DNA of 63,985 nt, counting the filler, from Octopus bimaculoides (taxonomy: Eukaryota), in the NCBI RefSeq assembly GCF_001194135.2. It is 6 parts of 6 records of this genome, joined end to end, with 100 filler letters (N's around TTAATTAATTAA, not from the genome) between each part and the next. Parts side by side here need not be neighbours in the genome. Positions count along the whole stretch, not along the records: positions 1 to 24,346 come from NC_069002.1; positions 24,447 to 29,870 come from NW_026320478.1; positions 29,971 to 47,595 come from NC_068985.1; 3 more parts are not named here. One strand, given 5' to 3'. Every line of letters starts with the position of its first letter. Within the stretch, counting starts at the first letter, position 1. Positions 24,161 through 36,616 of this stretch are shown piece after piece. A program made the translations under genes and the position numbers. A model generated the notes under the pieces. It had not been told where the DNA came from. It saw only the letters and a program-made list of their open reading frames with translations, and did not search any database.

Positions 24161-24190
24161 GACCCTAAAACCGTAACCCTAACACCCTAG
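23956..24190. repeat. Interstitial telomere-like (CCCTAA)n/(TTAGGG)n degenerate array
   Basis: About 18 exact CCCTAA hexamers, longest pure run 3; variant CCCTGACCCTAAAA recurs at 24024, 24094, 24157 (63-70 bp higher-order period). Confidence 0.93.
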
Positions 24191-24827
24191 TGAAAATCGT
24201 GTTATATTTACAAAACATTGACGAACATGAGTTATATTTTACTGAATGATTGTGTACTTGCACGTGTATGCATTTGAGAGAGCGAGAGGGGGAGAAAGGA
24301 ATAGAGGTAGTTAAAAGTTTTCTTATGACGGCTTCTCTTCACTGCCNNNNNNNNNNNNNNNNNNNNNNNNNNNNNNNNNNNNNNNNNNNNTTAATTAATT
24401 AANNNNNNNNNNNNNNNNNNNNNNNNNNNNNNNNNNNNNNNNNNNNTGGGGGGTGGGGGCAGGGGTTGTTTTAATGATGAATAGCTTTAATTAGTCTGTT
24501 ACAACCTGTCACATAGGTGAATGTACCCCGGGGGTAAGTGTGCGGAGAATGGTGTGTGAGGAGGAAGGGGTGTGGTGTAAAAATGATGTTGGGTAGTTTG
24601 TGTTATATACATACGTATATATATATATATATACACACACACACATGAGTGTTTATAGAGAGAGATGTGTATATATGTGTGTATATTTACATATATGTAT
24701 GTATATGTGTGTATATATATATATGCATATGTACATCTGTGTGCGTGCGTGTATATATATATGTGTGTATGTGTATATATACACACGCGCACGCGTAGAT
24801 ACGTCGCATTTATTTACACATGCATGC

Positions 24828-24875
<48 letters not shown>

Positions 24876-26093
24876 CATCGCTTGACAACCGATGCTGGTG
24901 TGTTTACGTCCCCGTAACTTAGCTGTTCGGCAGAAGAGACCGATACAGTAAGTACTAGGCTTACAAAGAATAAGTCCTGGGGTCGATTTGCTCGACTAAA
25001 GGGCGGTGCTCCAGCATGGCCGCAGTCAAGTGACTGAAACAAATAAAAGAATAAAAGAAAAGTGTACTAAAACGGGTACTCTACTAAACAGACTGCGAAA
25101 TCCTTCAGTTTTACGTAAAATTGTTTTCATAGATNNNNNNNNNNNNNNNNNNNNNNNNNNNNNNNNNNNNNNNNNNNNNNNNNNNNNNNNNNNNNNNNNN
25201 NNNNNNNNNNNNNNNNNNNNNNNNNNNNNNNNNNNNNNNNNNNNNNNNNNNNNNNNNNNNNNNNNNNNNNNNNNNNNNNNNNNNNNNNNNNNNNNNNNNN
25301 NNNNNNNNNNNNNNNNNNNNNNNNNNNNNNNNNNNNNNNNNNNNNNNNNNNNNNNNNNNNNNNNNNNNNNNNNNNNNNNNNNNNNNNNNNNNNNNNNNNN
25401 NNNNNNNNNNNNNNNNNNNNNNNNNNNNNNNNNNNNNNNNNNNNNNNNNNNNNNNNNNNNNNNNNNNNNNNNNNNNNNNNNNNNNNNNNNNNNNNNNNNN
25501 NNNNNNNNNNNNNNNNNNNNNNNNNNNNNNNNNNNNNNNNNNNNNNNNNNNNNNNNNNNNNNNNNNNNNNNNNNNNNNNNNNNNNNNNNNNNNNNNNNNN
25601 NNNNNNNNNNNNNNNNNNNNNNNNNNNNNNNNNNNNNNNNNNNNNNNNNNNNNNNNNNNNNNNNNNNNNNNNNNNNNNNNNNNNNNNNNNNNNNNNNNNN
25701 NNNNNNNNNNNNNNNNNNNNNNNNNNNNNNNNNNNNNNNNNNNNNNNNNNNNNNNNNNNNNNNNNNNNNNNNNNNNNNNNNNNNNNNNNNNNNNNNNNNN
25801 NNNNNNNNNNNNNNNNNNNNNNNNNNNNNNNNNNNNNNNNNNNNNNNNNNNNNNNNNNNNNNNNNNNNNNNNNNNNNNNNNNNNNNNNNNNNNNNNNNNN
25901 NNNNNNNNNNNNNNNNNNNNNNNNNNNNNNNNNNNNNNNNNNNNNNNNNNNNNNNNNNNNNNNNNNNNNNNNNNNNNNNNNNNNNNNNNNNNNNNNNNNN
26001 NNNNNNNNNNNNNNNNNNNNNNNNNNNNNNNNNNNNNNNNNNNNNNNNNNNNNNNNNNNNNNNNNNNNNNNNNNNNNNNNNNCACATGCATGC

Positions 26094-26141
<48 letters not shown>

Positions 26142-26598
26142 CATCGCTTGACAACCGATGCTGGTGTGTTTACGTCCCCGTAACTTAGCTGTTCGGCAGA
26201 AGAGACCGATACAGTAAGTACTAGGCTTACAAAGAATAAGTCCTGGGGTCGATTTGCCCGACTAAAAGGCGGTGCTCCAGCATGGCCGCAGTCAAATGAC
26301 TGAAACAAGTAAAAGAGTAAAAGAGTAAAAGAGTATATATATATATATATAACCTTGCTTCCCAACCACATGGGTCCTGGTTTAGTCCCACTGCGTCCTT
26401 GGGCAAGTGTTTTCTCCTATAGCCTCGGGCCGACGTGCTTCTTTCTGTTTCCTTCTACCAAATCCACTCACAAAGCTTTGTTCGGCCCTAGAAGACACTT
26501 GCCCGAAGGGACTGAACCCGGAACCATGTGGCTGGTAAGCAACCTACTTACCATAAAGCCACTCCTATATGGAAACGGAAACGTTGACAGTCTCTTCA

Positions 26599-26659
<61 letters not shown>

Positions 26660-27258
26660 TTGTCTATCTATTGAGCTCTTTAGCTATTAAGCTATGTACG
26701 TATGCATGCATGTTTCTCCTTCTCTCTTTCTCTCTCTCTCTGTCTGATGTTTCTATGTGGCCTGCTTGTTTGTTGCACCTTGTTTACCATTTTGTCCTTG
26801 TTCTTTTGCCACGTCATGTACCCAGTTATGTATCTGTATGTACATGTAGATGAACGTATATACATACATGTACATATATATGCATATACTCATATATTNN
26901 NNNNNNNNNNNNNNNNNNNNNNNNNNNNNNNNNNNNNNNNNNNNNNNNNNNNNNNNNNNNNNNNNNNNNNNNNNNNNNNNNNNNNNNNNNNNNNNNNNNN
27001 NNNNNNNNNNNNNNNNNNNNNNNNNNNNNNNNNNNNNNNNNNNNNNNNNNNNNNNNNNNNNNNNNNNNNNNNNNNNNNNNNNNNNNNNNNNNNNNNNNNN
27101 NNNNNNNNNNNNNNNNNNNNNNNNNNNNNNNNNNNNNNNNNNNNNNNNNNNNNNNNNNNNNNNNNNNNNNNNNNNNNNNNNNNNNNNNNNNNNNNNNNNN
27201 NNNNNNNNNNNNNNNNNNNNNNNNNNNNNNNNNNNNNNNNNNNNNNNNNNNNNNNNNN

Positions 27259-27302
<44 letters not shown>

Positions 27303-27613
27303 GCATACATCGTGGCACTCCGTCGGTTACGACGACGAGGGTTCCAGTTGATCCGTTCAATAGAACAGCCTGCTCGTGAAATTAACCCCTCCTTCATTGG
27401 AATTTCTTCAATACCAACAGGGTGTTTTTGTATGTATGTATGTATTTATGTTAAGATTGATTGGAGATACATGGCGTATTTTATAAATATGCTTATTTAA
27501 AGTATCATAAAAGCATGAAACTATTAAAAGCGCTTTTGATATGTGCATTAAATTGATGTATATATATATATACCTCTCACAAGATGGAGTAGAATTTTTT
27601 TTGTTGATTCCAC

Positions 27614-27650
<37 letters not shown>

Positions 27651-27857
27651 TATATTTGTCTATCCATTCACCTACTGACCTACCTGTCTGACTGGCTAGC
27701 TGGCTAACCATGTGTCAGTCTATCTATCTATCTGGTGTTGTTATTATTATTGTTATTATTATTATTATCATAGCTGTCCCTATATTAACACTAATAGAAA
27801 ACTGTTGCTAGTACTATAAACAAGAAATAAAATAGAGAAACGAGCAGAAATTTACAG

Positions 27858-27907
<50 letters not shown>

Positions 27908-28139
27908 AAATTAATTTTATTTCTATTTTAGCCATTGTAATAATGCTAAGCCTTTTCGTGACCCGATTTAGCTGAGAAAGTTATTGTTTCATTTCATAAT
28001 ATACAAAACCGATTTTATTACTTAACCGTTAATCTATAGTTTTCTGCTCTTTTCTCTGTTTTATTTCCTGTTTATAAGTACTGGCAACAGTTTTTCTTTA
28101 TTAGTGTTAATATATTTTCGTGGAGACTGAATATTAAGG

Positions 28140-28193
<54 letters not shown>

Positions 28194-28423
28194 TTGATAC
28201 AAGGCCAGCAGTTTCGTGAGGGGGTGTGGTAGTCCGATTACATCGACCTCAGTATTCAGCTGGTACTCTACCAAGTCGCCGTCTCAAACATTATGTTTGG
28301 GGTAACAGAAAACAATTAAGCCACAGTAGTTAGCATTTTACTTCGTATAGTCTATAATAATAATAATTAATAGACGCAAAATTATGCCCGTCCGTCTGAC
28401 CATCCGGGATCCCTGTATTTCAG

Positions 28424-28532
28424 TCTATATTTGCTCTACAAAGACATCTTATACCTTTTTGGAATCAGGATAATCCCAGGTTTTAAAATCTGCCCTTCAT
28501 TTGGCTCTGGAACATCCAAGCATTGGGATCAG
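28424..28532 (+). CDS. Candidate exon (phase 2 to 0), possible continuation of the TRF gene or spurious
   Basis: Acceptor ccctgtatttcag, donor CAG|gtgagg, open frame LYLLYKDILYLFGIRIIPGFKICPSFGSGTSKHWDQ; no recognisable homology. Confidence 0.25.
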
Positions 28533-29420
28533 GTGAGGATGAAGATTTCTTATATGCCAACAGTTAGAAATTCAAATTTTAAAAGAACTCCAAAAATTCA
28601 TCAACTTACCAGTTTTTCATTTAAACTGAATTTACAGTAATACCATACTGGTAGGATACCAATACTCTTTTACTTGTTTCAGTCATTTGACTGTGGCCAT
28701 GCTGGAGCACCGCCTTCTAGTCGAGCTAATCAACCCCAGGACTTATTCTTTGTAAGCCTAGTACTTATTCTATCGGTCTCTTTAGCCGAACCGCTATGTT
28801 ACGGGGACGTAAACACACCAGCATCGGTTGTCAAGCGATGTTGGGGGGACAAACACAGACACACAAACGGAGTGCGGCTTTTAAACTACTAAAATATAAA
28901 CACATTTTGTAAGTCTTGGCTTTATACGGTTTGGTACCACTAGTAGTAAAGAACAAACTCTTTTAGTAAGCCTAATACTTCGTTTCATGGCACTTGGTGA
29001 AGTCCTCATTATATTCACGATATTGAAATCTTTTTCTTAAAATTATATAATTATAATTATAAGCTGATTTTTTTTTTTATTTCAATTAAATCTAGGTTAA
29101 ATTGGATTTAATGTATCTTAATTATATTAAGTAAATCTGAGGTTCCATTCTATGACGATTACAATATTTAATGAATCTCAGGTTACGTGCTGTAGTAACG
29201 CAACAAAACCGTGTCATTGTTTCGAATACTGAAGCAGAAATATCATAATAGCAAATATTCTGCTCAATACCACAGATTTGCTTGTCAGTTGCTTGACCTT
29301 AACCACTTGAGCATGTCTCTTAGTAGCTGACAAATATGTGCATCGCCAATCGTGAGCAGGAGTAGTGGAGTGTGGGTGCATCATAGCCATGTGTTGAGAG
29401 GGATTTTGGGGGTTTTCCAA

Positions 29421-29473
<53 letters not shown>

Positions 29474-29637
29474 GGCGGAGAGCTGGCAGAACTGTTACTA
29501 CACAAGGGAAAATGCTTAGCGGTAATTCGCCCGTCTTTACGATCTGAGTTCAAATTTCAGCGAGGGCGACTTTCCCTTTTATCCTTTCGGGGTCGAAACA
29601 CTGGGATGCATGCAACCGACTAGTCTCCTCAATCCAC

Positions 29638-29691
<54 letters not shown>

Positions 29692-29749
29692 ATCAAAGCT
29701 TGTTTATTGTTTACAAACCTATTATATAGTACAGTTCTATATTTAAGAG

Positions 29750-29870
29750 ATGAGGAATTATTTACATTATTTACATTATTTTACCTTTGACGGATATTCG
29801 TCCTCATCTTGTTTGTTGTTAACACAACGTTTCGGCTGATATACCCTCCAGCCTTCGTCAGGTGTCTTGG
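29750..29870 (-). mobile_element. Penelope-like terminal-repeat fragment
   Basis: Carries a hammerhead motif; flanks homologous to 31585-31725 in the opposite orientation. Confidence 0.6.
29821..29866 (-). ncRNA. Minimal type I hammerhead ribozyme motif
   Basis: GACAC-CTGACGA-A-GGCTG(gagggtatat)CAGCC-GAAAC-GTT-GTGTT; CUGANGA and GAAA core intact, 5-bp stems I and II, loopless palindromic stem III (AACGTT). Confidence 0.75.
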
Positions 29871-29970
29871 NNNNNNNNNNNNNNNNNNNNNNNNNNNNNN
29901 NNNNNNNNNNNNNNTTAATTAATTAANNNNNNNNNNNNNNNNNNNNNNNNNNNNNNNNNNNNNNNNNNNN

Positions 29971-30039
<69 letters not shown>

Positions 30040-31077
30040 TATATACGTATACTACAGGCTTCTTTCAGTTTTCGTCTACCAAATCTACTCATAAGGCTTT
30101 GTTCGGCCTGTGGCTTTAGTAGAAGACACTTGTCCAAGGTGCCACGCAGCTGGACTGAACGAGGAACCATGTGGCTGGTAAACAAGCTACCTACCACACA
30201 GCCACTGCTGCGCATGTGCCCTAACTCTTCGAAACACTTAGGCATAGAATGGTGGCAGCTGATGAAGGAAATATTCTCTATGTGGCCTGTGTGTTTTCTG
30301 TACTCCGTTTATTAATTTGTCAACGTTTTTTGCAACGTCCTGTAACCAGATATGCATCTATATATACATGTAGATGTAGGTATGCCCATATATGTATGTA
30401 TATATGCATATACTTATATATTATATATATATATATATATACGTCTATGTGTGTGTGTGTGTGTGTGTGTGTTTGTGTGTTATACTATTCTACTAGATTA
30501 ATTATGATTTCTATGAACAAATGGGACGAAGATGTAGGTTTCCAGTTTTTCCAATGCGTATGCGAATATTTTCGGTCTTTTTACGGACATTGACATACCG
30601 ATTTTTGTGTTGGGGATGAATCAATTTCCATACTTCTTTTAAACTTTACCAGATAATACTTAATATGGTGCAGGTAATAGAATGTAATGACTTTTCAATA
30701 TTATTTCGTGAATCTGATTTTCCTGTTAATATGTTATATTTCGTAGCGTTGAAAGTCGAGTTTGGTATGTTGTTTTCAAGGTATCATGGTGTGTTTCAAT
30801 AATAAATATTCAATACTAAATCATGAATTATTTATTAAAACTTTATACCTGTGCAGAAATGTATTGTAACATAATATATTCCTTGCTATTTTCTGTGATA
30901 TATATATTTATGCGATCTGGAGGTTTCTAAGAATACAAAATATTGGTATGAATTAAACATAGAGCAGAAAAATTTGGTATTACGAAGGCGTTGTTGCTAA
31001 TACGGTACGGAACAAAATAAAATGATGAAAATATGATACTTCCTTGAATACTAGGAACGGCTAAGTACATGTATATA

Positions 31078-31310
31078 CAGGTTTGGCCAAATGTCACCTG
31101 ACAGTAAATCAAAACGATTTAATTCCAATATTTATTTATGCTTAACAACTGAATGAATTAACTAAAAGCATTTAAACATGAAACATCATGGAAATTGTTC
31201 AAACTGAAGTCCTTCTTGAGCGACACATTTTTCCATTCCAGTCAATACAGAATTACAGATGGTATTTATGGAATTTTGATTTATTGTCGGGTGACTTTTG
31301 GCTAACATTA
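31078..31310 (-). mobile_element. Tc1/mariner-derived MITE (about 233 bp)
   Basis: Inverted homolog of 44051-44283; TIR-like CAGGTTTGGCCAAATGTCACC. Confidence 0.75.
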
Positions 31311-31480
31311 TATAAGTAGGCGTGGTTATGTGGTGAGAAGTTTGCTTGTCAAGCACGTGGTTCCGGTTTCTCTCCAACTGCGAGGCGTCTTGCTCAAATG
31401 TGTTCTACTATAGTCTAAGGCTGACCAAAGCCTTGTGAGTGAATCTGGGAGACACATTTTCTGAGTGGATCAGGCAGTGA

Positions 31481-31546
<66 letters not shown>

Positions 31547-31625
31547 TAATAATAATAATAATAATGATAATAATAACATCGAAAAATATCTTAGAAATAA
31601 GAACCCCGGTTTGAAAATTCTCCAA

Positions 31626-31671
31626 GATCCCTGATGAAAGTTGGAGGATATATCAACCGAAACGTTGTGAT
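31626..31671 (+). ncRNA. Hammerhead ribozyme motif, second copy of the 29821 family, weaker stems
   Basis: CTGATGA-A-AGTTG(gaggatatat)CAACC-GAAAC-GTT; stem II shows a C-G to T-A paired change relative to the 29821 copy. Confidence 0.6.
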
Positions 31672-32248
31672 AACAGCAAACAAGATGAGGACAAATATCC
31701 GTCAAATGTAAATAATATAAATAATGAAGGATGAAATCATTGATACATAAAGTGTCAAGGTTTAAACTCCAAGGTTAATACCCGAATGATTCTATACACA
31801 TACGAGTGTGTGTTTTTATATATGTATGTGTGTCTGGGTGTGTGCCTGTGTGTATATACGTATATTTATATATTTAATCCTTTATATTGAACACTCAATA
31901 TTCATCTATTCAATAAGACATTCAATACTTTATTTCATAGTACCATCCATTTTTATTTTATATTATATATTGTATATTCCATATTCTATATCCCGCATTG
32001 GTTTTGCAGGAATATAAATAAAACATAAAAAACAGACAGTGTTGGAACTCTTTTAAACAAAATAATATATTCCTCTATACACAATCATACAAACCCCCCC
32101 CCCCTTTTTTGTATTTATTTTTACTCGCATATATNNNNNNNNNNNNNNNNNNNNNNNNNNNNNNNNNNNNNNNNNNNNNNNNNNNNNNNNNNNNNNNNNN
32201 NNNNNNNNNNNNNNNNNNNNNNNNNNNNNNNNNNNNNNNNNNNNNNNN

Positions 32249-32305
<57 letters not shown>

Positions 32306-32491
32306 ATATATATGTATGTATGTATGTTTGTATGTATATATGCATGTATGTATGTATGTGTGTGTGTGCATATGCATATATATATAATGCTTAAGTATAT
32401 CTATATATGTGTGTGTCTGTATGTTTGTTGCGATGTTTCTATGTAAATATATATTCATGTATAATTATATACAGTAAGATCTGCTTAGTCA

Positions 32492-32798
32492 AGGCGCGTG
32501 ACTTAGTGGGTAGGATATTAAGATCGCAAGTTCGATTCCCGGCGGTGTGTTGTTTACTTGAGCAAGGCGCTTTATTTCACGTTGGTCCAGTCCAATCAGC
32601 TGGCAAAAATGAGTAGTACTTGTATATCAAAAGGCCGGCCTTGTCACACTCTGTCACGCTGAATCTCCTTGAGAAGTATGTGAAGAGGTAAGCGTGTCTG
32701 TGGAGTGCTCAGCCACTTGCACGTTAATCTAACGCGCAAGTTGTTCCGCTGATCGTATCAGCTGGGACCCTCGTCATCGTAAGCGACCGAGTGCCACT
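32492..32798 (+). mobile_element. tRNA-derived SINE sharing its 3' body with family C
   Basis: GTTCGATTCCC B box, then GGCCTTGTCACACTCTGTCACGCTGAATCTCC...GTGGAGTGCTCAGCCACTTGCACGTTAAT body. Confidence 0.75.
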
Positions 32799-32840
32799 TT
32801 TTAAATAGGCTACATATATGCTATGTATACACACACACAC

Positions 32841-32886
<46 letters not shown>

Positions 32887-33858
32887 NNNNNNNNNNNNNN
32901 NNNNNNNNNNNNNNNNNNNNNNNNNNNNNNNNNNNNNNNNNNNNNNNNNNNNNNNNNNNNNNNNNNNNNNNNNNNNNNNNNNNNNNNNNNNNNNNNNNNN
33001 NNNNNNNNNNNNNNNNNNNNNNNNNNNNNNNNNNNNNNNNNNNNNNNNNNNNNNNNNNNNNNNNNNNNNNNNNNNNNNNNNNNNNNNNNNNNNNNNNNNN
33101 NNNNNNNNNNNNNNNNNNNNNNNNNNNNNNNNNNNNNNNNNNNNNNNNNNNNNNNNNNNNNNNNNNNNNNNNNNNNNNNNNNNNNNNNNNNNNNNNNNNN
33201 NNNNNNNNNNNNNNNNNNNNNNNNNNNNNNNNNNNNNNNNNNNNNNNNNNNNNNNNNNNNNNNNNNNNNNNNNNNNNNNNNNNNNNNNNNNNNNNNNNNN
33301 NNNNNNNNNNNNNNNNNNNNNNNNNNNNNNNNNNNNNNNNNNNNNNNNNNNNNNNNNNNNNNNNNNNNNNNNNNNNNNNNNNNNNNNNNNNNNNNNNNNN
33401 NNNNNNNNNNNNNNNNNNNNNNNNNNNNNNNNNNNNNNNNNNNNNNNNNNNNNNNNNNNNNNNNNNNNNNNNNNNNNNNNNNNNNNNNNNNNNNNNNNNN
33501 NNNNNNNNNNNNNNNNNNNNNNNNNNNNNNNNNNNNNNNNNNNNNNNNNNNNNNNNNNNNNNNNNNNNNNNNNNNNNNNNNNNNNNNNNNNNNNNNNNNN
33601 NNNNNNNNNNNNNNNNNNNNNNNNNNNNNNNNNNNNNNNNNNNNNNNNNNNNNNNNNNNNNNNNNNNNNNNNNNNNNNNNNNNNNNNNNNNNNNNNNNNN
33701 NNNNNNNNNNNNNNNNNNNNNNNNNNNNNNNNNNNNNNNNNNNNNNNNNNNNNNNNNNNNNNNNNNNNNNNNNNNNNNNNNNNNNNNNNNNNNNNNNNNN
33801 NNNNNNNNNNNNNNNNNNNNNNNNNNNNNNNNNNNNNNNNNNNNNNNNNNNNNNNNNN

Positions 33859-34040
33859 CACAGAATGTACAATGAAAATGTACTCCTCAGCTGCATAGAC
33901 TTGTCTGTGGAACAGCAGCATAGTCGAGATGATATGTTTTCTTCTCTTACTTTTGTTTTTTGCAAACATCCTCAAAATGACTTTCTAAAATGAAATTCCA
34001 TTATGCAGCTGAGGAGTACATTTTCATTGTACATTCTGTG
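33859..34040. mobile_element. MITE-like element with perfect 39-bp inverted repeats
   Basis: CACAGAATGTACAATGAAAATGTACTCCTCAGCTGCATA at 33859-33897 and its reverse complement at 34002-34040; left end abuts a gap. Confidence 0.75.
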
Positions 34041-34200
34041 GTGTTCTCACCACATGAATAAATGGAGCTTGTACGAAACGTACGTACTGCTATAACCTAT
34101 TGAATATTTGTTGCTTATCTTCAAATAAATGCATACATATATATATATATGCATAAAAAACAGTAAACGTCAAGAAAAAAAAAACTTTAAAAAAACACCT

Positions 34201-34648
34201 TACAAGAGCGAAATTCTCGGCAGAGAATAAAACCGAATTCTACGTAAAAGAGTGTGGAGATGGTAGATGTGGAACCTGCAGCAACCCCATCTACAAATAT
34301 ATAGAGGGGAACAAACAGATAAAATTTAAGAGTGGTCACACATTCAATGTAAATGCAGACATGAACTGCAAGACGCAGAATGTAATATACTGCATAACCT
34401 GCCCCACATGCAAGGAGTATTATATAGGTGAAACTTGAAATTCCTTATGTCAACGAGCCAGAATTCACCGACAACATGTCCGACAGGAGGAACTACGGAA
34501 AATTCCACTGAGTGAACACCTAGGAACATGTGAGGAAGGAAAATTTAAGATCTTTCCCTTCTATAAATGTTCAAGAAACGATACCTCCTTCAGGAAAAAT
34601 ACGGAGAAATACTTCATAGCAAAATTCTCACCAAAACTGAATGGCTGA
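34201..34648 (+). mobile_element. Penelope-like element GIY-YIG endonuclease remnant
   Basis: VKECGDGRCGTC linker, then MNCKTQNVIYCITCPTCKEYYIGET*NSLCQRARIHRQH...EKYFIAKFSPKLNG*; one in-frame stop. Confidence 0.9.
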
Positions 34649-35774
34649 AACATGCAGATCACAACCCATCTAGGATCTTCAACTTTGGAACAATAGACCC
34701 TAAAAAAACGGCAAGAAACCCAGGTAGTGGGACATATTTGTACCAACAAGAATTGAACCCAGTTACCTAGGTTCTCATATTTCTCTCCTAACTTTTTTTG
34801 AACTAACCAGCTGTATAGATATAATCACAATTCCTTCCTTCCCTTTTACACCCCTTTCAGACACACATGCACGCACACACACACACACACACNNNNNNNN
34901 NNNNNNNNNNNNNNNNNNNNNNNNNNNNNNNNNNNNNNNNNNNNNNNNNNNNNNNNNNNNNNNNNNNNNNNNNNNNNNNNNNNNNNNNNNNNNNNNNNNN
35001 NNNNNNNNNNNNNNNNNNNNNNNNNNNNNNNNNNNNNNNNNNNNNNNNNNNNNNNNNNNNNNNNNNNNNNNNNNNNNNNNNNNNNNNNNNNNNNNNNNNN
35101 NNNNNNNNNNNNNNNNNNNNNNNNNNNNNNNNNNNNNNNNNNNNNNNNNNNNNNNNNNNNNNNNNNNNNNNNNNNNNNNNNNNNNNNNNNNNNNNNNNNN
35201 NNNNNNNNNNNNNNNNNNNNNNNNNNNNNNNNNNNNNNNNNNNNNNNNNNNNNNNNNNNNNNNNNNNNNNNNNNNNNNNNNNNNNNNNNNNNNNNNNNNN
35301 NNNNNNNNNNNNNNNNNNNNNNNNNNNNNNNNNNNNNNNNNNNNNNNNNNNNNNNNNNNNNNNNNNNNNNNNNNNNNNNNNNNNNNNNNNNNNNNNNNNN
35401 NNNNNNNNNNNNNNNNNNNNNNNNNNNNNNNNNNNNNNNNNNNNNNNNNNNNNNNNNNNNNNNNNNNNNNNNNNNNNNNNNNNNNNNNNNNNNNNNNNNN
35501 NNNNNNNNNNNNNNNNNNNNNNNNNNNNNNNNNNNNNNNNNNNNNNNNNNNNNNNNNNNNNNNNNNNNNNNNNNNNNNNNNNNNNNNNNNNNNNNNNNNN
35601 NNNNNNNNNNNNNNNNNNNNNNNNNNNNNNNNNNNNNNNNNNNNNNNNNNNNNNNNNNNNNNNNNNNNNNNNNNNNNNNNNNNNNNNNNNNNNNNNNNNN
35701 NNNNNNNNNNNNNNNNNNNNNNNNNNNNNNNNNNNNNNNNNNNNNNNNNNNNNNNNNNNNNNNNNNNNNNNNNN

Positions 35775-35823
<49 letters not shown>

Positions 35824-36242
35824 ATATATATATTACAACATGTATTATTGTCTTTTATACAAAAACTATCCATATAAAGAGCTTTTGAAATAATTTCAAA
35901 TTCTAAACATGCTAATTGGCTGCAGATTATATTTATTATCGCCACAGTTGAACGACTTTCACTTCAAACGTTTTGCTATGCTAAAGAAAGCGCTAAAATT
36001 TGAAAGTGAAGAGCTTTTTTGATAAGAATAAAGTATTAGAGAGGGACGGTTGTGAGGCAAGAATATTATCAAAATTTAATTTTCTTGTAAAAGAGCAGAG
36101 TATTTATTTACTAAAACGCTAACTTCACTTACGGGAACCGTTTATTGTAAATGTTTTGTGGGTATATTGGTGTATAGTTCATAAGAATAATAATGATAAT
36201 GTCAGCTACTAAGACAACACCACCACCACTAACGACAACAGC

Positions 36243-36294
<52 letters not shown>

Positions 36295-36499
36295 GCAACT
36301 ACAACAACAAAATCAACAACAATAAGCAACGAGTAATCTTTGACTAATTTAAGGCCACATTTGCTTCTCGCAAAATTTAAAAAATAAATTCAAAACGCTC
36401 TCCAGAACTGATTGCTATAGAATATGAACAGTGTAAATCTTAAGAAGTTAGATTTGCTACGAAAGCTCTAAAGTTCAACTGATGCTTTAACAAACTCAG

Positions 36500-36616
36500 T
36501 TTACTGTGAAACACCTTCAAGATAATATATATCTTCGTAAAATACACTCATCAAACGCCGTAAACATACGAGTGGTGTCGGATAGCTTATATAATAAAAT
36601 AAGAGCGGCGTTGCAG
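36500..36616 (+). CDS. Candidate internal exon (117 nt, phase 0 to 0), unknown protein
   Basis: Strong donor CAG|gtaagt, weak acceptor aaactcag; open frame FTVKHLQDNIYLRKIHSSNAVNIRVVSDSLYNKIRAALQ. Confidence 0.35.

Noticed and set aside
24391-24402. TTAATTAATTAA embedded in N runs (also 29915-29926, 47640-47651, 59187-59198, 62914-62925)
   Set aside because: Artificial six-frame-stop linker at scaffold joins; useful only as a marker of joins of unknown size
26353-26570. Inverted pair of SINE heads
   Set aside because: Explained by two adjacent opposite-orientation fragments of an abundant family
25006-35945. Several 200-414 aa ORFs in the track
   Set aside because: Almost entirely X from gaps flanked by dinucleotide repeats
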